Of a DNA stretch of 54,439 nucleotides, positions 51,207-54,439 are shown piece after piece. A program made the translations under genes and the position numbers. The notes below the pieces were generated by a model that was not told the origin of the DNA, did not search any database, and worked only from the letters and a program-made list of their open reading frames with translations. Location of the stretch: IMG/VR virus record IMGVR_UViG_3300037087_000771, positions 1 to 54,439 of that record; one strand, 5' to 3'. The number at the start of each line of letters is the position of its first letter. The stretch's first letter is position 1. Source of the stretch: a virus. Lineage: Duplodnaviria; Caudoviricetes.

Positions 51207-52396
51207 GCTGTCACCGCGAATAAGAGAGGCTGCACGTTGTTGATCCGCTTCTCTGCCATTTTTGCATACTCAGGATTTAACTCGATACCGACGAAATTAC
51301 GGCCTAACTTCTCGGCCACCAGCCCCGTTGTTCCGGCGCCGGAGAAGGGATCAAGGACGACGCAGGGAGCAGGTTCGTGGTTGTGGGTGCAGGTCGGTCG
51401 CCAATCATTTGTTGCTATCCGTTGTGGCGTATATGTTGCGCCACTGAGCGACCTAATCCCTGAAGGATTTCCACCTTTATCTGGGAAATAATCTCCAACA
51501 TCTTTTCGCGCCCTATCGTTCGTAGCACCCGTTTTCTCCACCATCCTCACCCACGGACTCCCGCACTCGGGGCAGCACCCCTTCTCACTCGTTCCGGCCT
51601 TAATACATGGCGTCACAAGGGCTTCGGGGAATGTGGCAAAATGGGCTCCAGGGAATGGCTGGGTGGGAATAGTCCAGACGGAACGACAGTTGCGGCCAGC
51701 AGGATGACCAACGCTACGTTTCTGGCCGATTTTAGTTGCAGAACTGGCTTTACTAAATGGGTCTATTAAATCCTTATGTTTTCCGCCGATACGGTCTCGG
51801 CTCTCCTGCATTTTCTTAATATCAGATGGCCCGCTTTGACAAGATTCCTTGATTGCCTCCGCGTCGTAGTAATACCGCTGGCTCTTAACCAGTAAGAACA
51901 AATACTCATGACTCTTTGTCGGTCTGTCCGTTACACTCTCTGGCATGGGGTTCGGCTTGTGCCAGATAATGTCGGAACGTAACCACCATCCGTCAGCTTG
52001 AAGGGCAAATGCCACGCGCCAGGGGATACCAATCAGGTCTTTGGGTTTCAATGATTTAATATTGACAGGCATACCGAATCGTGATTTTTCTTTTGATGGC
52101 TTACCAAACTCAGTATGTTTTTCTTGATATTCTGGGTTGCTTCCTGCTTTCCCACTGCCATTATACGAATCTCCCAAATTCAACCACACCGTCCCGTCAT
52201 CCCGCAGCACCCTTTTGATCTCCCGAAACACGGACACCAGCTTTTCAACGTAAATTTCCGGTGTGGCCTCCAAACCAATCTGGCCATCTACCCCGTAATC
52301 CCGGAGCCCGAAATAGGGTGGGGAAGTGCAAACCATCTGAGCTGATTCGACTTCAAGCGTTGACATAATGTCCAGGCAATCACCTTGATAAATCAT
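51203..52396 (-). CDS. Orphan beta-class DNA methyltransferase (N4-C/N6-A)
   Basis: Catalytic TSPPY precedes SAM motif DPFSGAGTT; [16 protein letters not shown]; Cys-rich insert CCPECG...CTH...C. Start ATG 52396 overlaps the terL stop. Confidence 0.92.
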   Translation of the reverse strand: MIYQGDCLDIMSTLEVESAQMVCTSPPYFGLRDYGVDGQIGLEATPEIYVEKLVSVFREIKRVLRDDGTVWLNLGDSYNGSGKAGSNPEYQEKHTEFGKPSKEKSRFGMPVNIKSLKPKDLIGIPWRVAFALQADGWWLRSDIIWHKPNPMPESVTDRPTKSHEYLFLLVKSQRYYYDAEAIKESCQSGPSDIKKMQESRDRIGGKHKDLIDPFSKASSATKIGQKRSVGHPAGRNCRSVWTIPTQPFPGAHFATFPEALVTPCIKAGTSEKGCCPECGSPWVRMVEKTGATNDRARKDVGDYFPDKGGNPSGIRSLSGATYTPQRIATNDWRPTCTHNHEPAPCVVLDPFSGAGTTGLVAEKLGRNFVGIELNPEYAKMAEKRINNVQPLLFAVTA

Positions 52397-53730
52397 GCCG
52401 CCCACCCTGAAACGACCTGCCTGTTGGAAGATTTATTGATCCGCTTCGCCTTGTACCCGACCGCAAAGGTCCTGAACGAATCTGCCCCGTGTGAGCAGTG
52501 GTCATGCAACGGCGTCCTCTTGAGTATTTTCTTTTCTTCGTCGTATTCGGCCCTGTAGCCTTCCAATGCCGATATACCCAGGGAGCACTTGCGTTCGTCA
52601 AACCAACACGAGCCAAGGGCGTTTCGGACGGCCTCGATGCCGTTCATGACGGCGTCCGTGTTCCGGGGGCGCTCAACGACGATGATGGGCTTGATCCCCA
52701 GCTCCTCGGCGACCTCGACCCTGGACTTTGCATGCTCGCCGGCAGACATCTCTCGTACCGCTGCGTCATGGGGCATGTAGTGATCACCATAGACGTAGGG
52801 CTTATCCTTCAGGATCTTGGCGTAGTGAGCCAGACCCATGCCGCTGTTCTCGTAATAATCGATGCACCTGGTCTCCTTGCCGATGAACTGCGCGAACCAG
52901 ATCGTCATGGAGTCGTCCACACCCAGATCCCAAAAGGTGTAGACCTCGGCGCCTGTCTCATGGGGTACGCTCGTGATCCGGCCTTCCTTGCGAGCCAGCG
53001 CCATTTGTTTTGCGTAGTACGCGCCCATCACTGCGCCCTGGAACGAGCAGAAATACTCCTGCTGGAACATGGCCTCGCCCATCTCTTCGCCGAACGTGCC
53101 TATCAACTCGGCCCGGATCTCCTCCAGCTTCATCTTCGTGAAGACCGGCGTATCGTCTGCGGTCAGGACTTGCGCGAACCAGCCGGGCGTAATCCGGGCG
53201 AAATCCAGCATCTTCTTCAGGTGATTGTCGCCGCGGGATGTGCTGATGAACGCGGCCCAACCAGCGTTCTCTTCAAGGATGGGAGAAAGGTAAGCCCATG
53301 ACCGGGGATCACTGAGGGCGTACTCGGAAAAGACGATGCCGATCGGCGGGCTGCCGACCAGGGCATTGTAATTGTCGGAGCCCACAAGCTGCCAGGAAGA
53401 ACCGCCCACGAGGCCAATATACATATCGGTGCTTCTCGTACTGGTCCTCATCTCCATCGGGAAAGCCTCGTCGATCCTTTTCATGCCGGTGCGGGGGTTT
53501 ACGGCTTCCCAGATCGCCTTCCGGCACTGATTGAACTGCGGGAGCATGTGCCAGTAGTTCCCGACACGCTCCTGCGATGCCGTCGCGGTGAAGTGAAGGG
53601 CGATATCATCCTTCCCCCAACGACGATGGGCTACCTCGACGGCGCGCTTGCCGCCGTTCTCCAGGTAATCCCATAGGGACATCTGATCGTCGCGGGGTTC
53701 CCACCCGTTATGAGGTAGCTCCACTCCCAT
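52393..53730 (-). CDS. terL: Terminase large subunit
   Basis: Walker A-like HRRWGKD, Walker B-like IVFSEYA, ISTSRG, nuclease WDLGVDD and SHGADSFR. Start ATG 53730. Confidence 0.93.
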   Translation of the reverse strand: MGVELPHNGWEPRDDQMSLWDYLENGGKRAVEVAHRRWGKDDIALHFTATASQERVGNYWHMLPQFNQCRKAIWEAVNPRTGMKRIDEAFPMEMRTSTRSTDMYIGLVGGSSWQLVGSDNYNALVGSPPIGIVFSEYALSDPRSWAYLSPILEENAGWAAFISTSRGDNHLKKMLDFARITPGWFAQVLTADDTPVFTKMKLEEIRAELIGTFGEEMGEAMFQQEYFCSFQGAVMGAYYAKQMALARKEGRITSVPHETGAEVYTFWDLGVDDSMTIWFAQFIGKETRCIDYYENSGMGLAHYAKILKDKPYVYGDHYMPHDAAVREMSAGEHAKSRVEVAEELGIKPIIVVERPRNTDAVMNGIEAVRNALGSCWFDERKCSLGISALEGYRAEYDEEKKILKRTPLHDHCSHGADSFRTFAVGYKAKRINKSSNRQVVSGWAA

Positions 53731-54439
53731 CGGTATCCTTCGCCGCCTTCCGGCTGCAGAACTTCTTGATCGTAATCTGGACCGGCTGCTTGAGATCAAC
53801 CTCAGTCTTGTCGTGCAGGAGACCCAAGTGCCGGGCCAACAGCTCCAAGGACTTCACCTTGTCGCAGAGCTCGAACTCGAACGTCGCGTCGAGGATCTGA
53901 TCACCATCCGGGTTTGACTCGGTGCCCTTGGTACTGCGGATGACGCGCTTTTCTTTGACCTTCTTGATGATCCGGCTCTTCCCTTCGGCCAGGGTTTCCA
54001 GGGGTAATGCCCTGATCGTGCCGCCCTCATCGATCTCGACGAAATCCTTCATGTCTGCGAAGCCGACACGGGCGAGCTCTTCCAGAACCTGATCGGCAGT
54101 AAAGGTGATCCGCGCCTTCTGCTTTTCAATCTCGGTGTCGATTGCGGCTTTTATGACTGGTTTTGACAGGTTCTCGGTTGCTATCTTGCGAGCAGTGCGA
54201 ACGCTGTAACCGGCCCGAATCGCGGCCTGTGTAGCGTTTTTGTCCACCAAAAATTCAAGGATAAAAAGTTGCTGCTTTGCAGATAACGTCGGGTTTGATA
54301 CAGGTTTCGACAGATTTGAGGCAGATTTTGACAGGTTTGGTACAGGTTTGGAACTGGTCTTGGTAGTATTAGCGCATATCTTGGCCCTCCCCTTCGGTTT
54401 GGTCTTTTGGCGGGTGGGTTTTGATTTCAATGGTTTCAT
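53708..54439 (-). CDS. terS: Terminase small subunit
   Basis: LSAKQQLFILEFLVDKNATQAAIRAGYS HTH and DKVKSLELLARHLG. The start lies at the window edge. Confidence 0.92.
   Translation of the reverse strand: MKPLKSKPTRQKTKPKGRAKICANTTKTSSKPVPNLSKSASNLSKPVSNPTLSAKQQLFILEFLVDKNATQAAIRAGYSVRTARKIATENLSKPVIKAAIDTEIEKQKARITFTADQVLEELARVGFADMKDFVEIDEGGTIRALPLETLAEGKSRIIKKVKEKRVIRSTKGTESNPDGDQILDATFEFELCDKVKSLELLARHLGLLHDKTEVDLKQPVQITIKKFCSRKAAKDTDGSGATS

Noticed and set aside
371-53301. Numerous long plus-strand ORFs (e.g. 8954..10288, 10709..11905, 45715..46791, 47425..48405)
   Set aside because: Antisense shadows of GC-rich minus-strand genes, with no recognisable motifs or operon logic.
32870-53799. 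Longest-ORF starts given in the track (35965, 37740, 38870, 40094, 42809, 45241, 48419, 52405, 53799)
   Set aside because: They overlap upstream genes or RNA structures. Downstream ATGs with SD sequences or stop-start coupling were used instead.

Overview
This window is the late (morphogenesis and lysis) region of a tailed dsDNA phage or prophage, with every credible gene on the minus strand. In transcription order (right to left) it carries terS, terL, a beta-class DNA methyltransferase, a P22/N4-type portal, a scaffold-like protein, a Mu Com-like zinc-ribbon gene missed by the ORF track, an N4-gp56-type major capsid protein, head-completion and podovirus-like tail genes, a first lysis-like cassette (M15 peptidase, lipoprotein, DUF3309-like protein, permuted NlpC/P60), tail fibre and acidic tail proteins, coiled-coil ejection-like proteins, a 6677-aa polyvalent protein, and a second lysis cassette whose lytic transglycosylase is frameshifted. 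The giant protein contains recognisable ART-like (x2), LPD1, DarA-C-like, DarB-like N6-MTase plus SNF2 helicase, zincin, PRTase, Cys-His hydrolase-like and JAB modules. Main findings: (1) a complete nested transcription unit inside the giant gene (near-consensus sigma70 promoter, strong SD, overprinted 74-aa +1-frame gene) at the DarA-C/DarB-like junction, with a weaker second case before the JAB module; (2) a probable RNA-level antitermination system, made of a Com-like gene followed by twin hairpins overlapping a terminator before the capsid gene, plus two covarying copies of a different hairpin-terminator RNA. No replication, integration, tRNA or CRISPR features were seen. All family assignments come from motif recognition by eye, not database searches, and domain boundaries are approximate.
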